Source: an uncultured Pseudomonadales bacterium (GTDB lineage: Bacteria; Patescibacteriota; Microgenomatia; UBA1400; PJMF01). Taken from it: 64,000 nt of DNA. The position numbers and the translations under genes were made by a program. The notes beneath the pieces were generated by a model. That model searched no databases, was not told where the DNA came from, and was given only the letters and a program-made list of their open reading frames with translations. Shown piece after piece: positions 1 through 9,394 of the stretch. Positions within the stretch are counted from its first letter, which is position 1. Each line of letters begins with the position of its first letter. The stretch lies in the NCBI GenBank assembly GCA_964457085.1, contig CAYWDM010000001.1, forward strand, positions 45,082-109,081, given 5' to 3'.

Positions 1-185
1 TACCCGGAGTTTTGGGAAATGAATCAAGTATTATTGATGAATCTCACAGTGTGGTTGGAATCAGTGGTACTCCACAATATACCAAGCCAGTTGAGTACCA
101 AGGCTGGACTGTTCCACCGGTACTATTAACTGGTCATCACATCAACATTGCTGCTTGGAAACAAGGCCAAAAAAAGAAACTATAA
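1..185 (+). CDS. trmD: tRNA (guanine37-N1)-methyltransferase TrmD, 3' partial (C-terminal ~60 aa, stop at 183-185)
   Basis: Frame 3 translates ...ESHSVVGISGTPQYTKPVEYQGWTVPPVLLTGHHINIAAWKQGQKKKL*, matching the conserved TrmD C-terminus (E. coli ...[44 protein letters not shown]...). Not in the ORF track because its start lies upstream of the window. Confidence 0.6.
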   Translation, partial: PGVLGNESSIIDESHSVVGISGTPQYTKPVEYQGWTVPPVLLTGHHINIAAWKQGQKKKL

Positions 186-329
186 TAAAGAATGGTGATT
201 AAAACGACTAATCACCTTGATAGTGAGCATAGTCGACCATACTGCGAAGTATCTTTGAAGGAAAAACATCTCTTAAAGTTTCAATTTCATTCACACAGAC
301 AGTGTATGTTGTTTTTTTGACAAAAAAAA

Positions 330-1217
330 CTATGTTTCTATTTCAGAAACTGCCTGAGTGATCGCTTTTTGCTTGAAATCCAGAATTTTTGTCAATTTTT
401 CACAATTAAGTGAAGTATTCTTTTGGTAGGGTCTATCAAGTGTAGCCAAATAAGCATTCAGATCTCCTGGCTTAACCTCATAGTCAAAACCTTTAACTTC
501 ACAAACCATTTTTGCAAAATCAAAATCTGTCCATTTTTCGCCGCTACTGGCATGGAACAATCCACTAGTGTTGGTACGCATTATAAAATCAATGACTTTA
601 GCAAAATCATTAATGTACGTAGGGCCAACATAGTGATTGGTAAATTGTGGGTATAGCTTCGAATCTTTAATACCCTGAATCACTCGATGTGCAAAATCTA
701 CCTTTGGATAGACATCAGATCGAAATGGCATATCAATTCTCAAAATCGTCCAAGGAATGGAAGATTCCATAACTGCAGATTCTGCTAATGCTTTTGTCTC
801 TCCGTACCATTCAATAGGACTCTGCACATCCTCTTCAGTGTAACTTTCCTCCTTATTACCATCGAACACATATGCGGTCGAGATATGAATCAAGTGTTTT
901 TCAGTTGCCTGACAAGCTTTAATTAAATTTTTAGTGCCATCCACATTTACTTGATACGCAACACCAGACTTGTCTCCTCGTTGTTTCCAGGCCGCGGTTA
1001 CATCAGTGAATGCTGCAAAATGAACTACATATTTGGCAGTTGGATTTGCTTCAAATCTGGCCATGATTTGATCAAACTTTGTAATATCTACCGGCATGGT
1101 TGGATGCAGGATGTCAAGATTTTCAAAGTTGTATGTTTCCCCGAAATCCGTGGCAAGTTTGGAGCCAATTAGACCATTTAAACCTGTGGTCAAGACATTT
1201 TGATTAGGAGTTGCCAT
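330..1217 (-). CDS. rmlD: dTDP-4-dehydrorhamnose reductase-like (RmlD substrate-binding fold)
   Basis: HISTAYVF and YGETKALAE motifs match the RmlD HYSTDYVF/YGKTKLAGE blocks. Start placed at the internal ATG (MATPNQ...) at 1217, preceded by a GAGGA RBS; this gives a 14-nt overlap with rmlB. The longer ORF in the track (to 1307) would overlap rmlB by about 100 nt. Confidence 0.65.
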   Translation of the reverse strand: MATPNQNVLTTGLNGLIGSKLATDFGETYNFENLDILHPTMPVDITKFDQIMARFEANPTAKYVVHFAAFTDVTAAWKQRGDKSGVAYQVNVDGTKNLIKACQATEKHLIHISTAYVFDGNKEESYTEEDVQSPIEWYGETKALAESAVMESSIPWTILRIDMPFRSDVYPKVDFAHRVIQGIKDSKLYPQFTNHYVGPTYINDFAKVIDFIMRTNTSGLFHASSGEKWTDFDFAKMVCEVKGFDYEVKPGDLNAYLATLDRPYQKNTSLNCEKLTKILDFKQKAITQAVSEIET

Positions 1218-2220
1218 ATTTTTCCTCAAAATATTTTTTATTTGTTGCAAGCAGTGGTCGCCACCATGACTCGTGTTGTTGGTACCAAGCAATTGTTCTG
1301 GCGACACCTTCTTCCAGTGACACAGTGGGACTCCAACCTAGTTCTTGATTGATGTGTGACCAATCAACTGCATAACGAAGGTCATGACCTGGTCGATCGG
1401 TGATGAAACGGATTGCGGACTCATCCTTCTGCATCTGGCCAATTATCATTTTAGCCAAATCAATGTTTGCTACATCATGAGTCAGGCCACCGATTAAGTA
1501 GGTATGATTGAGTTTCCCTTTAGTAATAATCAAATCAATTGCATTGCAGTGATCCTGAACATACAACCAATCTCTGACATTCAACCCATCACCATAGACC
1601 GGCACAGTTTTGTCATCAATTAGATTGGTAATAGCCAAAGGAATCATTTTCTCTGGAAATTGGAATTCACCGTAGTTGTTGGAACAATTGCTAATCGAGT
1701 AGGGTAACCCATAGGTATCGCCATAGGCTCGAACTAAATGATCAGAAGCAGCTTTGCTTGCAGAATATGGACTGTGTGGGTTATATGCTGTTTCACTGTT
1801 AAACTTCTCACTACTACCAAGCTCTAAACTACCAAAGACTTCGTCGGTTGAGATATGGTGAAAACGCTTCACTTGATGCTTCAGAGCTGCTTTAAGTAAC
1901 ACATGAGTTCCAATAACATTGGTCGTCAAGAAAACCTCGGGATTGGTAATCGAGCGATCCACATGAGTCTCTGCGGCAAAATGCACCACAATATCAACAC
2001 CAGACATCAGTGAATCAACTAGTTGTGAATCAGCGATATCTCCCTCTACAAATTGATACTTTGGATTATTGGCAATAGATTCTAAGCTGGACTTGTTTCC
2101 TGCATAGGTTAACAAGTCGAGATTGATTAGTTGATCCTCTGGATGGTTTTGCAGCCAATGTAAAACAAAATTTGCACCAATAAATCCTGCTCCACCTGTT
2201 ACTAAAATTTTATTACTCAT
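1204..2220 (-). CDS. rmlB: dTDP-glucose 4,6-dehydratase
   Basis: N-terminal ILVTGGAGFIGANFV Rossmann motif, DLLTYAGN, HFAAETHVDRS and the YSASKAASD catalytic YxxxK; length 338 aa, typical of RfbB/RmlB. Confidence 0.9.
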   Translation of the reverse strand: MSNKILVTGGAGFIGANFVLHWLQNHPEDQLINLDLLTYAGNKSSLESIANNPKYQFVEGDIADSQLVDSLMSGVDIVVHFAAETHVDRSITNPEVFLTTNVIGTHVLLKAALKHQVKRFHHISTDEVFGSLELGSSEKFNSETAYNPHSPYSASKAASDHLVRAYGDTYGLPYSISNCSNNYGEFQFPEKMIPLAITNLIDDKTVPVYGDGLNVRDWLYVQDHCNAIDLIITKGKLNHTYLIGGLTHDVANIDLAKMIIGQMQKDESAIRFITDRPGHDLRYAVDWSHINQELGWSPTVSLEEGVARTIAWYQQHESWWRPLLATNKKYFEEKYGNS

Positions 2221-2231
2221 ATAAAACTTCC

Positions 2232-2507
2232 TTATTGCTGTTCTTTTTCTCTGGAAACATCGATTAGTCGCTGTGTTTCTTCTCGACCTAGCTCACCTCT
2301 CACTCGAACATACATATCCTCTAACCGCTGATACTTTTTTTGCTGTGTTTCTAGGCTGCCATGATAATACCCAGCCAACAATGAAAGCACAATACAAAGT
2401 GCCAGCAAAAATCTGGTGGTGTTTTTTTGCGATAACCCAAACGGTATTAATTGTTTATTTGGCTCAGTCAAAAAGTTATTGAGTGAAGCCAAGTGATTTT
2501 TGGACAT
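2232..2507 (-). CDS. small bitopic membrane protein with C-terminal coiled coil (FtsB/DivIC-like architecture; function unknown)
   Basis: One TM segment (FLLALCIVLSLLAGYY) followed by a charged heptad-like segment (ETQQKKYQRLEDMYVRVRGELGREETQRLIDV). It overlaps the end of the LCP gene by 32 nt. Confidence 0.3.
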   Translation of the reverse strand: MSKNHLASLNNFLTEPNKQLIPFGLSQKNTTRFLLALCIVLSLLAGYYHGSLETQQKKYQRLEDMYVRVRGELGREETQRLIDVSREKEQQ

Positions 2508-3624
2508 ATGTTCGATACGTTGATGGCTCAGTTATTATATACACCCACTGCCCTTGATACTTATTTTTATTGATTGTTGGGTTATAGATAACACCAGAAT
2601 CCATGTCAATTTTTCCGCCATTTTTAGTTGCAACAGGAAGTGTTTGTTGCGTTATTTTTACTTCACTGAGTTTTGAAATAGTGTTTCCAATGCTCTTCTG
2701 CCAACCAACAGTTTCAATTCTAGATCGTGCAATACCAACTATTGTTTCAAATGGCAGTTGTTTGCTGAAATTTTGTTCATAAAAAATCCACAGTTTTGCA
2801 AGCAAGCTGGGATTTGTCAGTGTTTCTTTGTTGATAATCTTTTTGGAGAGAGCATCCAACACGAGCTGTTGTCTGATAGTTCGGGCATCATCGGTATTTT
2901 GGTTATTGTTGCCATGTCGACTACGAATGTATTGTGTTGCCTGTAAGCCACTGAGTGTCTGCTCACCGCTCTCGAACTCAACCTGTTGATAGAGTAACTT
3001 AGGGTCGTGAATCACTTTAATATCAACATCAGATCTGGGAAATGTTTTGTCAATGAATCCCACGGGGATGGTCAGCCTAATTCCTCCCAGCAAATCAATT
3101 AACTCAGCCAAGCTGGTTAAGGAAATACTCAGTGTGGAATGTATTGGAACGCCAGTGGTATCTGATAACTCCTTATGTAGTAGAGCATATGGCAAAGTTG
3201 GGTCTGCATCGTAGCCATATTGAAATAATGAGTTAATCTTTGCTTGATAGGCTTCTGACCAGAGATCTCTAGGTATAGAAAGTAAGTGGAGCTCCGCAAT
3301 TGCAGGATTAAGTGAGCCTAAAATAATAGTATCAGTCAAAACACCATCGCCTTTCCGATTGGGGAGTGAGTCAACCCCAAGCAGCAGAAAGTTAAACTTT
3401 CCATTATCCATCACTACTGGTGCATTCCAAGCAGTCTTGATTTTCTCAATCCAGAGCTGTGGTGTAGTTTTTGTCTCAACAAAAAATGGTTTTGCTGTAT
3501 TGAAAACGACAAAAACACCGATTCCTATACACAAAATAATTGGCAAAATTACCATTACCACTGCAAGCGCAGTCGACTGTATAATAATTCGCAGCCAGTT
3601 GATGGTTGGTTCTTCAGGCTTCAT
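2476..3624 (-). CDS. LytR-CpsA-Psr (LCP) family cell-envelope glycopolymer phosphotransferase
   Basis: N-terminal TM anchor, then the LCP signature blocks LLLGVDS...GDGVLTDTIIL and SIPRDL. Confidence 0.8.
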   Translation of the reverse strand: MKPEEPTINWLRIIIQSTALAVVMVILPIILCIGIGVFVVFNTAKPFFVETKTTPQLWIEKIKTAWNAPVVMDNGKFNFLLLGVDSLPNRKGDGVLTDTIILGSLNPAIAELHLLSIPRDLWSEAYQAKINSLFQYGYDADPTLPYALLHKELSDTTGVPIHSTLSISLTSLAELIDLLGGIRLTIPVGFIDKTFPRSDVDIKVIHDPKLLYQQVEFESGEQTLSGLQATQYIRSRHGNNNQNTDDARTIRQQLVLDALSKKIINKETLTNPSLLAKLWIFYEQNFSKQLPFETIVGIARSRIETVGWQKSIGNTISKLSEVKITQQTLPVATKNGGKIDMDSGVIYNPTINKNKYQGQWVYIITEPSTYRTYVQKSLGFTQ

Positions 3625-3645
3625 ACTTGAACATTATCGCATATT

Positions 3646-5394
3646 TTGACTAACAACTATAATCACATGGTGATAAAAAGAATAATCGTCGCACTAGTGT
3701 TGGGAATAGCAATTTTTGCAACAAGCTATCCATTGCTGCATGTTGGTTTCTTTAGGGTTCATGATTATACCCATGCTGCTCGTATTTCCGAAATGTCACG
3801 AGCTTTAGTTGATGGACACTTTCCAGTTCGTTGGAGTCCAAACCTTGGTTTTGGATATGGGATGCCGTTATTTAACTTTTATGCACCGCTTCCATATTAT
3901 GTTGGTTCTGCATTATATCTCTCAGGTTTCTCTATTATTGATACTATCAAACTACTATACTTTTTGAGCAATGTATTGACGATTGTTGGCACCTACAAAA
4001 TGGCAAGGTTGTATTTCGGTCGATCTGGTGCATTACTGGCAGCAGTCTTGGTTGGACTGGCACCTTATCGAGCTCTGAATCTATACATAAGAGGTGCTTT
4101 GAGTGAAACATATGGGCTGGCTTTTATACCATGGATAATTTACTCAGCAGTACTTCTACTTCGAGGGTTTAAACGTCAACTGCTGTTATTTACCCTTGCG
4201 ACTGCAAGCCTGGCACTCAGCCACAACATTTCGTTGCTCTTATCAACTCCGATCATTGGGATGTTTTTAGGCTTCGAATGGTTACACCAATTTATAGTAT
4301 CTAAAAAAATACACCTAAATCGTGTCGGCTGGTTGGCCTGGGGCTCATTCATTGCTTTACTGTTGGCAGCATTTTATGTTGTGCCAGCAATTGTTGAAAA
4401 AAACGCATCGAAACTAGACTCATACATTTTAGATTATTATTTTACCTACCAATTACATTTCCTCTATATACGACAGTTCTTCAATCATCATTGGCAATAT
4501 GGAGGCAGTGGTTGGGGACCAAATGACGATGTTAGTTTTGGATTGGGGTATGGACAATTAGCAGCAGTATTTATCTCTGGAATTCTTATTGGTGTTACCA
4601 CAATCAAAAAAATAAGAGTCCATTTTTTAAATATATTTAATTATCGATGGTTTTGGATTGCCATTGCTAGTGGTATCGGTATGCTTTTTAGCTTATTAAT
4701 GACCCTTGAGAAAACATTGTTTATTTGGCAATCACTTTCTTTTCTTAAATATGCGCAATTCCCATGGAGATGGTTGACCATTGCGGTGCCGATGCTGGCA
4801 CTATTTGGTGGAGTTTGCAGTTCGTTAATTCGCTCGAATAGACTGAGATACTTAATTGTTTTGGCACTAATTTCGTTGACCATTGCAGTCAACTTTACTT
4901 ACTTTAAGCCAAATAAATATCTTGATAATCCGCTTGACCTATATGTAGTTGAACCAAGATCAATTCGTGGAGGCATGAGTAGTATTTTGCCGGATTACAT
5001 TCCCAAGGCTATTCCCAAAAACCCAATTTCTGCTGTTGACTTAATTGCTAATACAACCGAGCTTGGAGACGCAAAAATTACGATTATTAATGATAAAGTT
5101 CAAGCAAAACTAATTAGTGTTTCAAGTAAAGATCAGCTTGCAATTAACTGGGCATTAGCGGATTTTCCAGGATGGGTCTTGGAGGTTGACGGCAAAAAAA
5201 TACCGAAAAAAGTGAGTGCCGTTGGCACTTTGATTAGTGATGTTCCACCAGGTGAACACTTAGTTGGAGCCGTACTGACTACGACTTCTGTACAATACTG
5301 GAGTCAAATTGCATCCATACTCGGATTGTTACTTTTATTAGCCACCACAAGTTTTTCCGCCAGCATCTCTCAATCACTCAATGCAAAAAAATAA
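3646..5394 (+). CDS. polytopic membrane protein, GT-C-like (paralog of 25616..27292; possibly COG5617/PTPS-related membrane family)
   Basis: At least 10 predicted TM helices plus a C-terminal soluble domain. Shares an N-terminal H-x-G-F-x-x-x-HD-x-x-x-H-x-x-R block and a later LKYAQFPWR block with the 25616 protein. Alternative start at 3667 (MVIKR), directly after a TATAAT hexamer at 3656-3661. Confidence 0.5.
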   Translation: MTNNYNHMVIKRIIVALVLGIAIFATSYPLLHVGFFRVHDYTHAARISEMSRALVDGHFPVRWSPNLGFGYGMPLFNFYAPLPYYVGSALYLSGFSIIDTIKLLYFLSNVLTIVGTYKMARLYFGRSGALLAAVLVGLAPYRALNLYIRGALSETYGLAFIPWIIYSAVLLLRGFKRQLLLFTLATASLALSHNISLLLSTPIIGMFLGFEWLHQFIVSKKIHLNRVGWLAWGSFIALLLAAFYVVPAIVEKNASKLDSYILDYYFTYQLHFLYIRQFFNHHWQYGGSGWGPNDDVSFGLGYGQLAAVFISGILIGVTTIKKIRVHFLNIFNYRWFWIAIASGIGMLFSLLMTLEKTLFIWQSLSFLKYAQFPWRWLTIAVPMLALFGGVCSSLIRSNRLRYLIVLALISLTIAVNFTYFKPNKYLDNPLDLYVVEPRSIRGGMSSILPDYIPKAIPKNPISAVDLIANTTELGDAKITIINDKVQAKLISVSSKDQLAINWALADFPGWVLEVDGKKIPKKVSAVGTLISDVPPGEHLVGAVLTTTSVQYWSQIASILGLLLLLATTSFSASISQSLNAKK

Positions 5395-6835
5395 CTCAAT
5401 AGCTGATGTAAAGCAAAAAACTGTGAGCGGAGTGCTTTCCTATTTCATTAGGACTGCCGTGTTACAAGCAGTAGGACTCGGAGCTGCAGCGCTACTCAGT
5501 GCTTTTTTATCGCCAGAGGACTTTGGTATTTATGGATTTGTGACGCAAATTATTGGTTTGGTTGTATTCTTTTCAGATATAGGTTTAGCAGCTGCACTGG
5601 TACAGAAGAAAGCTGAACCAACACTGCGAGAGTACAGGACAGCCTTTACTGCTCAACAAATCTTGGCATGGTTAATTGTTGGTGTAATCGGTGGGCTTGT
5701 CGGAAGTGGAGTATTACACCAAAAAATTGGCACAGCTGGAGAATGGGTATTACTCAGTTTAGCAATCTCTTTTCCACTGGCGAGCTTGAAAACAATTCCG
5801 TCAATTATTTTAGAAAGAAAACTAGATTTTAATAAATTAGTGCTGCCACAGATTGTTGAACAATTAGTATTCAACTTTTTATTAGTTTGGTTGGCTTGGA
5901 AAGGGTATGGAGTTAGTTCATTTGCAGTTGCAATTATTGCTCGATCGCTACTCGGGGTTTTGGCCATGTCTTTCATCCAACCCTGGGCAATTGGGTTTGA
6001 TTGGGAAAAATCTTCCCTCAAAAATTTATTACATTTTGGCCTTAAATTTCAGCTGAACGACTTCTTAGCAAGAATTAAAGATCAATTATTTTTTCTGGCC
6101 CTTGGGTGGTATCTGCCACTGCGAGACTTTGGATACATGCAGTGGGCAAAAAATTGGTCTATGTACCCATACAATTTAACTGTACAAAATATCATGGCCG
6201 TGACATTTCCAACTTTTTCAAGACTTCAAGATGATAAGTATTTACTCAAAAGGGCAATTGAAAAATCCATCTTCTTTATTTCAGTTGCAATTTTTCCATT
6301 GCTCGTCGGTATGGCAATTTTCTTACAGCCAATTATTGAATTGATTCCTAAATATGGGAAATGGCAGCCAGCTATCTTCAGTTTTGTGCTGTTTACACTG
6401 GGCATTGGCTGGTCAGCGATTTCCACACCACTCGTAAACACCCTAAATGCCATAGGCAAGATCAATCAAAGTCTTAAATTAATGGTTTTATGGACTATTT
6501 TGACCTGGATTTTGACACCAATTCTTGTCTGGAAATTTGGATTTAATGGAGTGGCGATCAGTTCTTTCGTCATCTCCTTCACCTCGTTCCTGCCAATTAT
6601 TATGGTTCAAAAAATTGTTCCTGTTCAAATTTGGGCCCAGGTTAAGCTACCACTCCTATCTGCAATTTGCATGGCTATTGTCGGAGTAGTAGGACTTAAT
6701 CACTGGTCACAAAGTTTTGTTACCTTAGGTCAAGGCGTCGTTTTCTGCACTGCCACATACGCAGCTACACTATTTGTTTTCGGCAAACAAAAAATAACTG
6801 CCGAAATTGCTTCACTATGGACAAAGAAAAAGTAA
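5381..6835 (+). CDS. wzx: Wzx-like polysaccharide/oligosaccharide flippase (MOP superfamily)
   Basis: 484 aa with about 12-14 TM helices and the polysaccharide-biosynthesis-protein N-terminal block (VLQAVGLGAAALLSAFLSPEDFGIYGFVTQIIGLVVFFSDIGLAAALVQ). Confidence 0.8.
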   Translation: MQKNNSIADVKQKTVSGVLSYFIRTAVLQAVGLGAAALLSAFLSPEDFGIYGFVTQIIGLVVFFSDIGLAAALVQKKAEPTLREYRTAFTAQQILAWLIVGVIGGLVGSGVLHQKIGTAGEWVLLSLAISFPLASLKTIPSIILERKLDFNKLVLPQIVEQLVFNFLLVWLAWKGYGVSSFAVAIIARSLLGVLAMSFIQPWAIGFDWEKSSLKNLLHFGLKFQLNDFLARIKDQLFFLALGWYLPLRDFGYMQWAKNWSMYPYNLTVQNIMAVTFPTFSRLQDDKYLLKRAIEKSIFFISVAIFPLLVGMAIFLQPIIELIPKYGKWQPAIFSFVLFTLGIGWSAISTPLVNTLNAIGKINQSLKLMVLWTILTWILTPILVWKFGFNGVAISSFVISFTSFLPIIMVQKIVPVQIWAQVKLPLLSAICMAIVGVVGLNHWSQSFVTLGQGVVFCTATYAATLFVFGKQKITAEIASLWTKKK

Positions 6836-8370
6836 TTTTTTTTTGGAAACGCTGGTGGCTGTTGATTATACTCATTGCAACGTTGTTGATTAGACTACCT
6901 TGGTTTTTGACTGCAACAATTCCCTTCAACTTTGACCATGGTAAAGACTCATTGGCAGTGATGCACATGGTCCTAACATACTCACCAAAGTTTATTGGTC
7001 CATGGACCAGTATTCCCGGTTTGTACTTTGGACCAGCTTGGTACTACTGGCTAGCTCCCTGGTACTTAGTCGGTGGTTTTAATCCGGTTTGGGGTGCAGT
7101 AGCGATGTGGGCGACCTCCATACTGGTAATTTGGTTAGTTAAAAAAGAGTTTGGCTGGTTGCCAGCACTGATTGTAGGCACTGCACCAACGTGGCTCACC
7201 ATTAGTTTTAGTGCCTGGAATCCTTTTCCAATGCCATTAATTAGTCTCTTGATGCTGATTGGAATCGAACATTTGCGACAAACAAGTGTCTTAGAAGTAA
7301 ATGGTAAACATTGGCGTTGGTGGGCACTAATTGGGCTAGCTGCCGGACTAGGATTTCATTTTTCAACTGCCTATGCGGTATTTTTTCCAATAATAATTAT
7401 TGCTTCTTTAGTTTTTTACCAGATTCGTTCAACATTCAGCCAGCTAGTAGTTTTAATTGCCTGTTTTGTGCTCATGTTTGTGCCTCAAATCTTTTTTGAA
7501 GTAAAAAACAATTTCTTAGAAACACGGGGAGTCATTAGATATATCACCACAGGGGATGGTCAAGCCAAAAGCACTGACACGCTGATAGCCGTAGCAATTA
7601 AAACGTTAGATGAGTTGAAATTGGGTGTACTTCCTGATGTTTGGATGAATAATTCTATGGCAACTGCAGTTATTGCAGCCATCTCGACTGTACTGCTACT
7701 TTTAGCAATTTTTTGGTCAGTTTATAAACACAAAGAGTGGGGTAGATGGTGGTTTGAAGTAGTGATCTGGATCGGACTACCTGTAGTAGGATTTACAATC
7801 CTCCACTACAACATTTGGTATGTTTTGGGGATGTTGCCGGTGGCTGTACTCTTTGTAGCGGATAAAATCCAGCGGTTGCCAAAGTTCCTCATCACCTTAT
7901 TTGTGGTACTGTCGTTACTCACCCCGATCACTAAGATTTGGAGATTTGTCGCTGAAGACCAGGTAAGACTCAGCCAAAGTCGACAACTATTGCCAATCAA
8001 GCTAGAGACCATCAAGAAAATTAGAGAGTTGGCTGGAAACAGACCATTCTCTGTCTATCACTATGTGCCTGACATCTATGACTTCACTTACCAATATTTA
8101 TATTTTTATCAGGCATATCAGGGAAAAATGCTCCCTGTCGAGTTTAACTATCAACCTAATTCTCCGACATATATCAGTGAGAAAGCAGAATTGCTACAGT
8201 TTTTTTCAAAAAGAGTTGATAACAGACAGCCTGAAGTAGTTTTTTATGTTGTGGAGAAACCAGATAATCAAAATTTTCTTAAGTCCTGGTGGGGTATGCA
8301 GCGTTTTTCTAAAATTGAGTCAGAATATCAATTGAGCGATGAAGTCACAATCTACACCGCGACACCATAG
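6817..8370 (+). CDS. polytopic membrane protein of unknown function (paralog of 51707..53146)
   Basis: F-x-F-D-x-G-x-D ... GPWTS.PG..FGPAWYYWL.PWYL block parallels FFFGDLGRD...GPQTSALP...SAWYFYLLLPGYLL in the 51707 protein. It has a C-terminal soluble domain. Confidence 0.5.
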   Translation: MDKEKVIFFWKRWWLLIILIATLLIRLPWFLTATIPFNFDHGKDSLAVMHMVLTYSPKFIGPWTSIPGLYFGPAWYYWLAPWYLVGGFNPVWGAVAMWATSILVIWLVKKEFGWLPALIVGTAPTWLTISFSAWNPFPMPLISLLMLIGIEHLRQTSVLEVNGKHWRWWALIGLAAGLGFHFSTAYAVFFPIIIIASLVFYQIRSTFSQLVVLIACFVLMFVPQIFFEVKNNFLETRGVIRYITTGDGQAKSTDTLIAVAIKTLDELKLGVLPDVWMNNSMATAVIAAISTVLLLLAIFWSVYKHKEWGRWWFEVVIWIGLPVVGFTILHYNIWYVLGMLPVAVLFVADKIQRLPKFLITLFVVLSLLTPITKIWRFVAEDQVRLSQSRQLLPIKLETIKKIRELAGNRPFSVYHYVPDIYDFTYQYLYFYQAYQGKMLPVEFNYQPNSPTYISEKAELLQFFSKRVDNRQPEVVFYVVEKPDNQNFLKSWWGMQRFSKIESEYQLSDEVTIYTATP

Positions 8371-8426
8371 TACTATTTGATTAAGACTTATCTTCACATC
8401 TGAAGTGATGTACACTGAATTTACTC

Positions 8427-9371
8427 ATGTCAGTCAAGTTATCAGTAGTCATAAATGTAAAAAACAATGCCAAAGAATTGGCAGTTTGTTTACAATCCGT
8501 AGCTTTTGCGGACGAAATTGTGGTGGTAGATATGGAGAGTACTGATGACTCAGTAAAAGTTGCCAAAAATGCAGGAGCAAAGCTTTTTGAACATCAGGAT
8601 GTTGGCTATGCAGACCCAGCGAGAAACTTTGCCATCTCTAAAGCAACAAATGCGTGGATTTTAGTCGTTGATGCAGATGAGGTAATTCCAGCACAGTTAG
8701 CTCAAGTTATTACCAAAACTATCTCAAATCAAAGTGGTGACGTGTACTGGTTACCAAGAACAAACATGATTTTTGGCATCTGGGCAGAACATGCTGGTTG
8801 GTGGCCAGATTTTCAACCGAGGTTGTTTAGAAAAGGACAGGTTTCTTGGGAAGTTGGAGTGCACCGTCTGCCAACTATTACAGGCCAACAAGTATATTTT
8901 GCAGCAGATCCAAATTGTGCAATCATGCACCATAACTACACTAGCGTTGACCACTATGTATCGAAATTAAATCGATACACCAGCATCCAAGCAACTGAGA
9001 GACCTCAGAAAAAAACCTCAGAATTTTCTGGTGCTGACTTAGTCAATGTCTTTAGAGCAGAATTTCTCTCGAGATTCTTTAAAGAAAAAGGCTTGCTGGG
9101 TAACGTTCAAGGTGTTGGACTCTCGTTTTTACAATCATTTTATGAAATTGTTATTACTTTAAAAATGTGGGAATTGCGAAAAGTTGTCGATGAAAGTGCT
9201 GGATCAGCTATTAGAAGGAGTGAGCCATCTGCTGCAGAAGTTACAGAGACGCTCGGAGCAGTGTCAAAACTGAGTAGTGAGTTACGGTACTGGATCGCAG
9301 AAACAGAAGTTAATAGATCAAGCGGACTGAGAAAAATAGTCTGGCAACTACGAAGAAAGTTTCGTATTTAA
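8427..9371 (+). CDS. GT2 glycosyltransferase, WaaE/LgtF-like
   Basis: LSVVINVKNN...VAFADEIVVVDMESTDDSVKVAKNAGAKL...VVDADE: GT2 DxD/DAD blocks. No C-terminal TM segment. Confidence 0.8.
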   Translation: MSVKLSVVINVKNNAKELAVCLQSVAFADEIVVVDMESTDDSVKVAKNAGAKLFEHQDVGYADPARNFAISKATNAWILVVDADEVIPAQLAQVITKTISNQSGDVYWLPRTNMIFGIWAEHAGWWPDFQPRLFRKGQVSWEVGVHRLPTITGQQVYFAADPNCAIMHHNYTSVDHYVSKLNRYTSIQATERPQKKTSEFSGADLVNVFRAEFLSRFFKEKGLLGNVQGVGLSFLQSFYEIVITLKMWELRKVVDESAGSAIRRSEPSAAEVTETLGAVSKLSSELRYWIAETEVNRSSGLRKIVWQLRRKFRI

Positions 9372-9394
9372 CCGAGTACGATATACTATCAACC

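Noticed and set aside
423-1172. Small plus-strand ORFs (423..656, 951..1172) and many similar 60-120 aa ORFs throughout the window, e.g. 2273..2482, 4641..4892, 5653..6021, 6226..6465, 11079..11279, 26128..26817 and 52432..52863.
   Set aside because: Each lies entirely inside, and antisense to or out of frame with, a much longer ORF that has strong family motifs. They have no RBS or motif support, so they are shadow ORFs.
3625-3667. Apparent divergent promoters squeezed into the 21-bp gap between the LCP gene start (3624, minus strand) and the ORF start at 3646.
   Set aside because: More likely one of the two start codons is mis-set. An alternative plus-strand start at 3667 follows a TATAAT at 3656-3661. 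This cannot be resolved without homolog alignment, so no promoter feature was called.
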